The notes beneath the pieces are model-generated. The model did not search any database. It had not been told where the DNA came from and saw only the letters and a program-made list of their open reading frames with translations. Source: Camelus dromedarius (lineage: Eukaryota). Taken from it: a stretch of DNA of 64,000 bases. The DNA is taken from NCBI RefSeq assembly GCF_036321535.1, contig NC_087436.1, positions 42,100,001 through 42,164,000 on the forward strand, written 5' to 3'. This document shows positions 37,993-50,520 of this stretch, piece by piece. The first letter of the stretch is position 1. Each line of letters opens with the position of its first letter. The position numbers and the translations under genes are program-made.

Positions 37993-39199
37993 GTTTGTGT
38001 TATTGCTCATTGTCATATTACTTGCTGAAATGAATTCAAAAAGCATGACTCCCGATCCCATGACACTGGATTCCGATTGCCATGGGCAGCACGCTCCGGC
38101 TGTCGGCTCAGATTAGCAGACTGTTCGAGCCAGGTCTTTTCCTTGCCCTTTGTTTGCCTAATATTTGTCCTGCTCCACTAGCCAACTTGTATGAAATTAA
38201 TTGCTTAAAATCGTCAAGTGAGGCATGGATTATATAGAGAGCAACGCTAAGTAAGTGTTTTTCCATTTAAAATTATTTGTTGGACAAACAAACTATAAAA
38301 GCTCTTTCACGGACAAATGGCAAAATTTGACAGTGGACTGAGTATCAGATGGTATGAAGGAATTTTTATTTTCAGACACGGTCATGTTATTTTAGGTGTA
38401 TGTGCGCTCATAGTTTTGTAAAGCTGCACATTGGAAGTACTTCGAGGTGAAATGTAATGATGAATGTAATTTAGTTCACAATAGCTCAGCAAATAAAAAA
38501 TGGAGTTATAAAGTGAAAAATAAAGCTATCAATTCCCAAAACATAATTGATGGTTTTCATTAGCTCTTACATTGGCATATATTCTTCTAGTTATAAAATA
38601 TATTACTACTTAATAGTTACAGAGTGCTCATTTTGTGCCAGGTACTCTAATTAAGTATTTCATATGCATGATCTCATTTAATTATCCAACAAACTTGTTT
38701 TTTAGGTAATACTTTTTCCATTTTAAAAGTGGGAGCAATACCTGAGAAAAATCAAAGAATTTTTCTGAATTACAGTTTTATCAGTTATCTTCCAAAATGT
38801 ACACACACACACACCCACACACCTGCTATAACAAGAACACACATACCTCCCCAAAGGCACCCATTCAAATGTGATCTTTGTTTCTTACATGTATCCCTCA
38901 CTACTTCCCAAGTTCCTTAGACACAGACTCATGTACCTTCACCTGAGTGAGCCTCTAAAGACTTTTGGGCTTGCAACCCCAGATTAGAGCAATGGTTTTC
39001 AAATTGTTCATTGCAGAGCTATGTGTTCCATGGAAGACTTCAGGGGTCCCATCTCAGCCAAAAAAGACTCCATCAGGGTAGGTGCCTCTTTTAATCCATT
39101 TTAAGTATCAGGCTGCACATAAAATCCCATTTGATAAAAGCATCTGCTACCAAACATGTGTTTGAAAAATACATATGGAGATAAATGGATGGATAATAC

Positions 39200-39378
39200 C
39201 ATCTTTATGCAGTCCTTTATGACTGCATTTATCTCAACCAAGCTTTTGAAAGTGATTGAAAGGCTGGTCAAGATTAGACTCCTGGAAAGGACCCTGAGTA
39301 CGGTTGCTTCACTGTGGGAGTTAAGTGCAGAGCTGTTTGCTTCCATAGACAGGTGTGCTGGGAGCGGACTGACATCCT
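39200..39378 (-). pseudogene. antisense relic exon (EDVSPLPAHLSMEANSSALNSHSEATVLRVLSRSLILTSLSITFKSLVEINAVIKDCIKM)
   Basis: Acceptor ttttacaag|, donor ATG|GTATTA; 179 nt, phase 1->0, open; overlaps ORF 39101..39346(-). Confidence 0.6.
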
Positions 39379-40599
39379 CTTGTAAAATTTTAAAAGGGCA
39401 TGTACCTGACTAGAGGGCCTGATCACCTCTGCTCCCAGGTGAGCCAAGTTATCCCCCTGGGTAAGACTAAAATGGTCATCACACAGCAATTCTGGTGTGG
39501 TTGCATACAGCAGCCAGTGGGCAGGCAAGCCTTCACAATTCCAAGCCATACTGCACGACTGAACATGTTTACAGGGTTCGACCCACGGCCCCTTAAACCG
39601 TATAAAAATGCCCGATAAACCATGCAGAGCACAAGAGGAGCCTCTATATATTAATTTGCAAGAAGTTGTAAAGAAGCCAAATGTTTTACCTAAGTTTATT
39701 TTCATTTTAGAATATTTTATGTGTAGCTCTTTTTTCTGCCAGGAAATAGATAGTTGGAGCTTGTGTCTATTAAGACCACTATTAGATCCTGGTCATAAAG
39801 CGAATTCATTTTCATGCAGGAGAATGCTTATCATTCAATTGTCTGTAGCAGAGGAATATTCATCTAGAGATGTGAAATGTTTATGGCGTATGTTAAAACA
39901 GGGAGAGAGTGACCAGAACCCACCTCTATTTCCTTCCTCTTGAAGGCGTTATCTGACGCATCAGTAACTCATCCCTGCTGACTTTCGTGCTCTTAGCAGC
40001 ACCACGGTGCAAAGCTTTATACGTGGTTAACCAGTCGATGTTGATCAGTGCAGTGTAATCTTTAATAATCTTTTCCACAAATTTAAAAACTGAGAAAACC
40101 ATCAGTGAAAGCCAGTTTTAGATTGCCATGGAAATGCTTGATGACAGAGTGGTACAAAGGACAACAGTGGTTAGTCCTGGAGCAGCAGTGCCTAAACGCA
40201 GCCTCCATTTCCTACAGAATGTTGGCCTGAGATAGTTGTCCTTGTATCAAGCGAAAAAAAAAAAAAAGCACACTTTATATATTGAAATCTTAACAAGTTC
40301 ATATTTTGGGTGAAATAAAGAGCTGCCTTTTAAAAAATAGAATGGGCCACATTCAGAGTTATACCAAGTAGGAAAATAGTGACAAAAGCAAAACAGCTAT
40401 GAAAAATCTACAGTCATAAAAGAACCAGCCTCCCCACCCCCAGTTCACTATTTAACCAGACCTTATCATTTTGGCTCAATTACTTGTATGGCCCAATCGC
40501 AGAGTCGCTGAGAATCTGCCAGTGGTACTGGTAGGCTATCCTGAGAAGAGTAAATCGCTCCTGTGTGAACCTGTGTCTGAGTTTCAGCAGATTACTTAC

Positions 40600-40690
40600 C
40601 ACATTCACGTACGGATGATCTGTCTCCTGATCTACCCTCCGTCCTGGATGTGTCCACCAAGCTGGGTTCCCCCAACAGAATTACTTGTAA
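40600..40690 (-). pseudogene. antisense relic exon (LQVILLGEPSLVDTSRTEGRSGDRSSVREC)
   Basis: Donor GTG|GTAAGT; 91 nt, phase 0->1, open. Confidence 0.6.
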
Positions 40691-42153
40691 CTAAGTTGCC
40701 CGAAATAAATACATACATTCTTACATTTAATCAGATTCTGAATGACCGCTTCCAATTTTCACCTTTCTCATTAGCTCACAGATTAGGCTAGGAATTTTTC
40801 CACTGCCTAATCTATGTCAGGGCAGATAATAAGCCAGAAATGTCTCGTTTTCTGGGATGTTGAGCAGATAAAAAAAGTATAGGTTATTTATCGTCTATGG
40901 CGGGGAAAGGAGACACTCTGGCTCAAATGACAAAAGAGTTTTCAGTGGTCTTCAAGTAGCAGCAAATCTCAAATACAACCTGAAACTACTTTGTTCCTCT
41001 TAGCATTTTCTTTGCCCCGCCCTATCTTGCTCAGTTGAAATCGGTATACAGAGAGACCCAATACTGTAGGAAAATGTGCCAATTAAAATTTTGCTTCAAT
41101 TAACCACACTTCAATTTAAAAAAAAAAAGAAAAAAATGTAAAAAATAAACCAACCCAACCCCTTTCATCGATTCTCGTCTCAAGTACCCCAACATTAATA
41201 ACATTTTTTTTCCCAAAACAATAGGAAAATACTCTCGCACGGTGCATGGCACACAGTAGGCATACAATAAGTATGTCTTGAATCATTGAATAAATGAATG
41301 AAAAAAATGCTGTTAATCTGGTTTTCTGCATCCTGTCCATCATGGCTCCCTTTTCAAATTTTTTTTCAATGAGCTCTTAGTCTTAACTATTAAATTTATC
41401 TGAGTTGTGAATAAGAGTCAATTTATTCCTGTTGGGTAGCACCCACACTGCTTTCTGCTGATATGAAAGCTACAAGCCTAAGGTTCTGATTTCCACTGAC
41501 ATCAGTGGCATTTCAGAAAGATTCCTTCACACAGGCTGTGGTTCAGTGCACCAGCACGAATGGCTCGTTCATATTTTTTAATTATTAAAGCACATCTGAT
41601 TATGTAATATTAGAAATTCAACCAAACATTCACTCAGCCCAACCATACCAAATTATGGGGGGAAATTCCATGATAACGAGTTCTCTTTAGGATGAATAAC
41701 ATATCTTTATAGCCTTATTTTAACATCACAAATACAATCACCATATAAGCAAGTGATACATATTTACTTGGTGATGATAGTCTGATGACCTAAGAAACAA
41801 GTATTTGCCTGCAGCAAGTTTCCAATAATCAACCACAACAAGAAGAGATTACAATGGAAAATTTTTGACATATTTGTACAACTATGTTGATAATTGTTTT
41901 AAAGGGACATGTAAGTTCATATCTCTGTATCTCTATTACTTGTATGGCCCAAGTTCATATATCTATATGAACTTACATGACTTAAAATCAAATGAATTCT
42001 TCAGTGTGGATAATTTCTTAGATTTACCTTGCTGAAAAAAAATTATACTCTATGCAGAAAAATCAAACAGCTTCAAGTAATTTTACCTGCAATCCAACTA
42101 ATGATCTCATTGTTTTTGCCTCATGTACTGCCTTTGAGATGCCTCTTTTTTAG

Positions 42154-42252
42154 CAGCTACAGAATCCTGTTGGTTCAAAAACGAATGCCTTCGAGAAACG
42201 ACTTGAAAATATCACCACCACTTTGAATAACCTTCAACAGCGCTTAGAGGAG
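42154..42252 (+). CDS. EFCAB14-like gene, exon 6 (QLQNPVGSKTNAFEKRLENITTTLNNLQQRLEE)
   Basis: Tandem tttttTAGCAG acceptor and donor GAG|GTCAGT; 99 nt (96 from the distal AG), phase 0->0. Resembles EFCAB14 KLEGMNETVSNLTQRV; NIT sequon. Confidence 0.85.
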
Positions 42253-42344
42253 GTCAGTAGTCTGTCGAGGTTGGTGCACAAGTGAGGATGATTAATTTTT
42301 TAAAAGGCTAATAATTCAATTTTAAAAGATACACAGTTACTCAC

Positions 42345-42413
42345 CTTGAGTGCAATAGCCTGTTTGTTCATTTTGGAGGTGGTTGGCAGGAAGCTACACA
42401 ATGATTTCTCAAA
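42345..42413 (-). pseudogene. antisense relic exon (FEKSLCSFLPTTSKMNKQAIALK)
   Basis: Acceptor cctccgtttgcag|, consensus donor AAG|GTGAGT; 69 nt, phase 0->0, open. Confidence 0.7.
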
Positions 42414-42770
42414 CTGCAAACGGAGGTATGGAGCATATCATAATATATTTATTAAGGACTAATGCAAACCACATTGAGTTATAGGAAGGAAAATGTATTC
42501 CCCAGTGCTTAGAATTTACTGAACATGAAGAAATCAAACGAGATTGTTTTGTAAGGAGGAGGAATTTCTACCTACCTCCCCAAACAAATAACTCACTACT
42601 TATATCCTGGGAATGTTTTCCAATAAACTATGTTTAATAATACAAGTAGTGTTAATAACTGAGTCTATATTCACATGTCTTTCCTGCTTTACATTTCAAA
42701 TGTGTACTTCAGACTAGGACTGCGAATATTTTATGTTTAGGATATAATACTAGGATATCAAGTAGGTTAC

Positions 42771-42929
42771 CCTTGAATCGTTCTTTTGTGTGTAAGACAG
42801 CGGCAGGGTTGCCTCACTGAATGGCGAGCTTGTCTTCAACCATAAACAGCACAGAACAGTTCCGTGCAGCAGCATAAGAACATCTTTGAAGGCATCCCTA
42901 TTCCAGTCCAGAAAAAAAGGGTCAGTGGG
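42771..42929 (-). pseudogene. antisense relic exon (PTDPFFLDWNRDAFKDVLMLLHGTVLCCLWLKTSSPFSEATLPLSYTQKNDSR)
   Basis: Long poly-T tract plus ccatttag| acceptor, donor AGG|GTAACC; 159 nt, phase 0->0, no stops. Confidence 0.65.
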
Positions 42930-43469
42930 CTAAATGGAAAAAAAAAAAAAAAAAGGAAGCGTTCTTTCTCAGATTTGTCATCTGCTCATGCCATTTTGTT
43001 GAAACTTTTTCTTTGTTTCTGAGTCAGTGTCTTGTTGCTAATTGATCAAATGTTAAGTGACTCACTAACATGCAGGCATGGAGATTTTCTTGGAAAAAAT
43101 GCTGCATTAAAAGAGTGAAGCAGGGTTTTCAGAACTCCTTGCACGATACATCTGAGATTAAATGTATTTAGGAGACATCTGAACAAAATTGCATGGAAGT
43201 GAGCAAAGGGACAAAGGGTAAAAGACAGACACCTAGACTCGAGGTCAGATCTGAGTGCCAATGAGCTTATCAGCAGACTTCATATTAAACATTATAACCA
43301 TTCAATCAACGAATATTTATCAAGGTTAGTGATGGGCAAAACAGGCACTAGTGATACTGTAAACTTGAAGTATTCTTTAGAAAGCAGTCGGACAACGCCT
43401 ACCAAGAACCAACAAATAATCCTACCCATTGATGGACTGAATTGCTATTCCATTTCCTTTTTTCTTTCA

Positions 43470-44135
43470 CTTTTTTTTTTTTAATGTATAATGGACATTT
43501 AACATGGTGTTCATTTCAGGTATACAACACAATGATTAAATATGTGTATATACTGCAAAATGATCACCAGGTTAAGTCTGGTTAACATTCATCACCACAC
43601 ACAGTTACAGATTTTTTTTCTTGTGATGAGAACTTTTAAGATTTACTTTCTTAGCAACTTTCAAATATGCCATACAGTATTATTATTAACTATAGTCGCC
43701 AAGCTGTACATAAACATCTTCATGAATATTTATTTTATAACTTGAACTCTGTAATCTTCTTCACCCATTTTGCCCACACCCTCTGCCTCTGTCAACCACC
43801 AGTCACCAATCTGTTCTCTGTATCTCTGAGCTTGTTTTACTGTTGCTGCTGTTGTTAGATCCCACGTAGTGCAAGTGAGAACATACAATATTTGTCTTAG
43901 TCTGACTTATATCACTTAGCATAATGCCCTCAAGTTTCATCCATATTGTTGCAAATGTCAAAATTGCATTTTTTATGGCTGAATAATATTCCATTGTATA
44001 TATACACCACATAATCTTTATCCATTCATTCATTCATCCATCAGTAGACATTTAGATTGTTCCCATGTCTTGGGTATTGTAAATAGTGTTGCAACGAACA
44101 TGGGGGTGCAGGTGTCTTTTCTAATTAATGTTTAC
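43470..44135 (-). mobile_element. L1 3' end
   Basis: ORF 43803..44033 EWIKIMWCIYTMEYYSAIK...; poly-T at 43470. Confidence 0.9.
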
Positions 44136-44747
44136 CAGCTTCCATTTCATTACACATCAAATCATGTTGTGGGAATCACATAACTCTGGCAGCACTGGGT
44201 GCACTGTAGGCCTCAGTTAGAGTTGTGGGATCTGAATCCTATAGCCAAACATGCCAGTAGATCTGTAGATTTTTTGCAAGAGGACAAAAAAATTGACCCT
44301 TTTTCTGGAAAACAAAAGAGCTTAAGGATCATGTGTGATACCAAATCAGAGAAAAATTCAATACCATAAAAGATACTCCAAAGCAAAGTAAGGGCTTTGG
44401 TTTCTTCAACCTTGATATTCAAGACAGACAGACACCATTAATTATCCCCCTTCACAAGCCTGTAAAAGTCCTGACGCACCAGCTATAGACACTTTCTCCC
44501 AATCACCAAAGCATCACAGCAAACATGAGTGAGAAGAGCATGATTGCAGAGTGATTTGGGGTTTGCTCTATTTTTTTTAAATAGTAAGCCATTTCTTGTG
44601 ACACACACTGCAACTGATCATACCCTGCAGTCTTTCAATTCTGTATTTGAGTAAAGCTTTCACTTTTAGTTCCTGAAAGAAGACAGACTAAAATAGATTG
44701 AAAATCTTTGTTTTAGAGGCATCTCAGAAATAGTGGATAAAACTTAC

Positions 44748-44829
44748 CTTTTCAATATGCATCCTAAGTTTCCCGACAAAATTCGTGTCTCGTTATCACA
44801 AAGTGCCACAGGCTCTCGCAACGCTCCAT
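44748..44829 (-). pseudogene. antisense relic gene, candidate first exon (ends ...MHIEK)
   Basis: Consensus donor AAG|GTAAGT on the minus strand; locally CpG-rich; 5' boundary unknown. Confidence 0.5.
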
Positions 44830-46251
44830 TTAGTTCTAATTCAGTCGATGCCAACTTTCCCAGCTAGACTGGCTGTCCGCTCCACGAAGGCTTGGCTCCG
44901 CTCTTCTCCACTGTCTCCCCAGACACAATGCCTGTGGCGTGGAGTAGGTACTCAGTAACTGGTTTTTAATGAATTGATAAAAACAATACTTGTCCCTAAA
45001 ATTTTGACTACTTATTTCAAATATTTCCTTGTTCATTTAGAGTGTGATCAAGGCAGTGGGGCATATCTAGCAGAAAGAAAACACGCATTTCCCCCCAGGA
45101 GCTCTGTAGTCTACGTTATTATATTCTCTCTCATTATTTCCCTGTCAGTTCACAGGGCTAAATCAACACAGCAAAGTGCACACTAAATGTTTAATTTAAT
45201 CAACATAGACACATTAATGTAGGTAAATGAGGCTCTGAAAAATTGAGTTTGGATTTAAATGCTTAAAGCAATTAAATTAACTGGGTAATTAACAAAATTC
45301 TAATTCCACTTGTAATATGTAGACACAGCCTTTAGAAGAATAATTGTAATTTTTTTCCCTACTCTTTGGTAGAATTTTGTTCCAATGAATAAATAAAGCA
45401 TATAGATAGTCATATAAAAGTAAAATAAGGTCGGAATTTAGGGGAAGCTTGAAATTTGTCTAATCCAATATGTTCATTCTAAAAATGACATTGGACTTAA
45501 AGATATTAACTAATTTCCTGGGATTTCTGTTAGTAAATATACACCTGAATACAGGCTTTGACTGTCTCTAGCACTGTATTTCTGCCACTGAAACATGTTG
45601 ACTCCAGCTCTAAGGGGGGTTCATTTGTTAAAAATATAGATCATTTTGTGCCCTACAGCCAAGTGAAAATCAAAGACTTGCCAAATTGTTTGGCAAGTTA
45701 TTTTGCTCAAATAGCATATAATTGAAAACTAGGTCAACAAAATTTGCTGCCACCAATTATAAGGACATCTTTACTCTATCATCCTAAAAAATATAGTGGT
45801 AATAAAATATAATGAATAATGGCAAATAATGGAAAATAGGAAATATATACACAGTTTCCAACTTTCTCTTATTCTTAATCCACATTCCTGGAATATTACC
45901 AACCAGAGCAAGTAGTGTGGTACTTCTACTTAGAACTAGAGAAGAGCTACACCAGGCAAACATAACTGCATAAAAAGTATATTTACAATATAAGCTGGGG
46001 AGCAAATTGTTTTAAATTTTATTCACTATGTAAGTTTCTCACAATAAAATGTAAAAATCTTTAACATTTACTTCTCTTTTATGTCTTCCTCTTTGTTCTT
46101 AACAAGCTTTAAGGTTTTTTATTGAAGGAAAGAATTTTGCTAAATTTCTCCATTCTGTTCCAACCTCCAATTTGTCCTAGCATCACTCAAGATTATATAC
46201 AGTAGTGGCATCTTAAAAGTTAGAAAAAAGTGAATAAATAAATCTATATTT

Positions 46252-46269
46252 CACCACTAGATGTCACCA
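46252..46269 (+). promoter_or_regulatory. CTCF-like motif
   Basis: caccactagatgtcacca is close to the CTCF core CCACTAGATGGCAC. Confidence 0.35.
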
Positions 46270-47211
46270 AAGGTTTGTTTATCATTAGATTACCCGTACA
46301 GCATTTAAGTCACTGGATCTCTGGCTCCTGTCGGAAAATTATTTGTTCTATTTGTCAGCATAACCAGGAAACTAATTTTAGTAAAGTGTTCTTCACATTT
46401 AATATCTCAATGCTTAAATTGTGTGTTTCTAGATGCAACACAAAATAACTGAAGTAGATATTAATAGAGAAGTCACTGTTTATCATTTCAAAGTTCTTAA
46501 TAGACCCAGCTGACAGGTGTTGCCATATGAGTTATTTTATAGTGAATGTATATATATATATATATATTCATGTATATTTTCTCTACAGTTTGCATTAGAA
46601 AATAAGCATAGGTTTTCCTCTTTCACCCCTGAGATGCCTCACTGATGTGGGGAATTATAAGACTGTTTGCAGTTGAAACTTTTTATATCATTATGAACAT
46701 TATTATGAGCCCAAGATGGAAATTTGACAATTAGTTTTACATGTTTAGTTGTCTTAAATAATTTGAATACATACTTCTCTTTCACTGGATTTATTTCTAT
46801 AAGAAATAATAATGGAAATATTTGCCTCATAGGGTTTTATGGTAGAATTCCTTCAAAGAGTAAACTTCCATGCCACATGTATAATTTTATTTCAAATAAA
46901 GTGCAATCTAATGATCTCTCTTCTCCATTTAGATTAAGTAAGGTACAGTTCACCTGATAGGCAGACTTTTAAACCTCAAGAGATCAAGAAGGAAAAATTG
47001 ATAATAAAATAATTTAAATAATAAACTATCTTAAATATAGACTTTTTTGTAATGTACTATTGGAAGCCACCTTTGTGTATTACATATTTTCTCTAGATGT
47101 GCTTTTGTAGCATCTCTTTTTTTAGGACATAATGTAATATAATCAAAATTATTTTGACTGAGCACTTTCTATCTTCTTTTAAACACTCACTATTTACAAT
47201 TTGCTTTCTAG

Positions 47212-47407
47212 GACCTGGATGATGTGTTTTTGCAGCTTTCCCAACTGAAAGACAATCTGTATGTTATGGAGAATACATTGAATATCACCAGGACAGAATA
47301 TTTAAATGTATATACATCACCAACTCAATCCTTCCAAGAAAAAGAAAAGAAATTTTATACTACAGGACTGCCATATGTCATGTCTAGTCCAAATTCTGAC
47401 ATTTCTG
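47212..47407 (+). CDS. EFCAB14-like gene, exon 7 (DLDDVFLQLSQLKDNLYVMENTLNITRTEYLNVYTSPTQSFQEKEKKFYTTGLPYVMSSPNSDIS)
   Basis: Acceptor tttgctttctag| and donor CTG|GTATGT; 196 nt, phase 0->1; same frame as ORF 47224..47445; NIT sequon. Confidence 0.85.
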
Positions 47408-48084
47408 GTATGTTGGTCATTGGTGATACTGATAATTTGCTTTAGTATGATACTCAGAAAAGGGCGGGCATAGTATATGTTTAGTAACTCATAGCTTATT
47501 TTCAGGCATATTTCCTGGCACATATTAGGTATTCTGTACATATTTGTTGAAGGAATGAATACATGCATGAAAGATACATGGCAATCATCATGAGGAGAGA
47601 ATTCGGATTTTTCCAAACCAATCCCTGCTTCTGTAAATAATCCAAATGCCACATGTACTAGTAACGACAATAACATATTGGCAAAGCATTTGATGTGGGA
47701 AATATTTTATTTGAGCAGCTGACACTTGCAAAAAGGCAGAGATTATTATCAACAATTCATGAATGGAGAAAATTAGGAGATCTTCCAATTTGTCACAGCA
47801 GCTTGAGGGAGATTAACTGAGAAAGCAAGTCCTGCATTTAACAGACTTTTCTTTGACACTTAGGTGTGAATATTCCATATTCTTTGCAACCCAATATTTT
47901 TGGTATTCAAGTCCTCTCTGACCAGGGGTAGAGCTTGGAAGGGATGTTATACTTTAAGGGATGGATTGTTTACTTATATTTAAGGAGAGGCCACCTTGAA
48001 GATTTAGTGCTGCCAACAGAGAGAATACATGGATTGTCCTTGGCTGTTCTCACATTTTGTTAGAAACATCCCCTCTTGAACCTT

Positions 48085-49200
48085 CCCTTATTCAACAATA
48101 TTTATTTAGCAAGTACCAGGTGTCAGATCTTGCTCTGCTCACTGAGGACCCAGCACTGAAGAAGATCCCTTCTTCAGGAAGCTCTTGCTGCATTACTCAC
48201 TGGGAGAAATAACCATAAACAAGGAAAAAAGAAACACATAAATTGGACAATCTTAGATAATGATAAGTGTTAATAAAGAAATTAAGAAAGAGTGATTATA
48301 TAATAAACCACCCGAGAAGACTAGTTTAGACTGAGTGATCAGGAAAGACCCCTGAGCTGAAGGCATTTGGACAGATTCCTATGTGAGAAGAAAGGGGACC
48401 CACGTGAAGACCAGAAGGAGGGGCGTTCCGTGCAGAGGGAACAGCAGTGCGAAGACCTTAGGGGAGAAATGAGCTGAGCCTGTTGGAGAAACGTAGAAAA
48501 TCCAGGAAGGCTGAAGCTCAGTGAGGAAGTGGGAAGTGTGGGAGAGCTGGCTGAGAGCACAGGCCATGGTGAGAACCATAGGATCATGCGGGCTGCAGTA
48601 TGCAGAAGCCCGGGGGGCTTCACCAGGGGAGGGACATGGCAGGATGAAGATGACTCTGGTTGTTGTTGGGTAGAAATTAGACACCAGAAAGCCAAGAATG
48701 GAAGGTGAGAGACCTCTTAGGAGCTTTGTGTAGTAGGCTGGAAAGAGGTCCTCATGGCTGAGGCAGAGAGAAATGAAGGGTTTCAGGAAAACTTCCAATG
48801 GTAGAGCCCACAGGACTTAACTGATTGATGAATGAGGAAAACAAAGCAATCAAGGTGTCTAAGAAACTGGGTGAGGATTAGTGCTATATACAATATGGGG
48901 AAAACCACAGAGGAAACTAAAAATTCTGCTTTTAACATTTAAAATTTGAAGTGCTATTAGACTTTAAAGTAGACAGTTAAGTTGGGAACTGTAGCGACAG
49001 GTAAGAGCTGAAGACGTGAATTTGGGGCATCAACATATGTACAATAATCAAGGTCAGGGTGCTCTGTGGGATCATTCAGGGAGAGAGTTATGACAGAAAA
49101 GGGAAAAGGGCTCAGGGCTTCAGTTCTGAGGAGCTCCAAAATTTAGAGACCTGACAGCAGAGACATAGCCAGAAACCAAACCTAGAAGTGATCACAGAAA
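48085..49200 (-). mobile_element. L2 fragments (likely continuing to about 50950)
   Basis: attcaacaatatttatt... L2 terminus followed by typical L2 3' sequence. Confidence 0.65.
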
Positions 49201-49819
49201 TAGGAGGGGAAATAGGATAGCACATCATAGGACACAATAATAGCTTTCATTTACTGAGAAATATCATATGCCAAGCACCATTCTAAATTCTGTTCTTGTA
49301 TTAACTCATTTAACCATCACAACCATATGGCCCAGGTCAAACATAGGTACCATGTTCTCTTTTATAGAAGAAATTGAGACAGAAAAATTAAGAAAAGTTA
49401 TTTCAAGACAGAGGGAATTATGTCAAACATTCTGAGAGGTTAAAGTTTAATAAGATAAAGATGAAAATGATCCTTGATTTTGATAAGATAGACGTCATCG
49501 GAAGTCTTGGAAAAACAGTTGGATAGAATGATATGAAGGTGGAATTCTAACAAAAGTGGATTAGAAGTGGATTATATAAAGAATGGGGAAACCCTTTGGA
49601 GAAGTTTTGTTTTTAACAGGGAAGAGAAAATAGATTAATGGAGGGAAACACAGTATTAAGAATTTGTTTAAAAATATGAGTGAGAGTGAGAAATATTTTT
49701 ATGCTGCTGGAGATATATATGGAGAGAAATTAATACACAGGAAAGATGGTGAGTAATTGCTGTAGTACATCCTTGACAAATCAGAATGGTATCTAAACTG
49801 CAAGTAGAGAGGAACTGAC

Positions 49820-50520
49820 TTTTTTAAATTGAAGTACAGTTGACTTACAATGTTTCTGGTGTACAGCATAGTGATTCAGTTTTATATATATATAATTTTT
49901 CATATTTTTTCATTATAGATTATTATAAGATATTGAATATAGTTCCCTGTGGTATACAGTAGGGTCTTGTTGTTTATCTATTTTATATATAGTAGTGTGT
50001 AGCTGCTAATCCCAAATTCCTAATTTATAACCCTCTCCCTTTCCCCTTTGGTAATTGTAATTCTGTTTTTTATGTCTGTGGGTCTGTTTCTGTTTTGTAC
50101 TTAAGTTCATTTGTATCATCTTTTTAGATTCCACATATAATTGATGTCATATGATATTTATCTTTCTCTGTCTGACTTACTTCACTTAGTATGATAATTT
50201 CTAGGTCCATCCATGTTGTTGCAAATGTCATTATTTCATTCTTCCTTATGGCTGAGTAGTATTCCATTGTATATATATACCACATCTTCTTTATCCACTC
50301 ATCTGTCAGTGGACATTTAGTTTGTTTCCATGTCTTAAGTATTGTAAATAGTGCCGCTATGAACATTGGGGTGTAGGTATCTTTTTAAATTAGAGTTCCC
50401 TTGGGATATGTGCTCAGGATTGGGATTGCTGGATCATATGATTACTCTATTTTTATTTTTTTAAGGAAACAGTATGGAGATATTGTTTTTCATAGAATTT
50501 ACATTCTTACCAACAGTAGG
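49820..50520 (-). mobile_element. L1 3' end inserted into L2-derived sequence
   Basis: ORF 50124..50366 MFIAALFTI...EYYSAIRKNEI; flanked by near-identical agaggaa(c/t)tgactttt. Confidence 0.9.
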
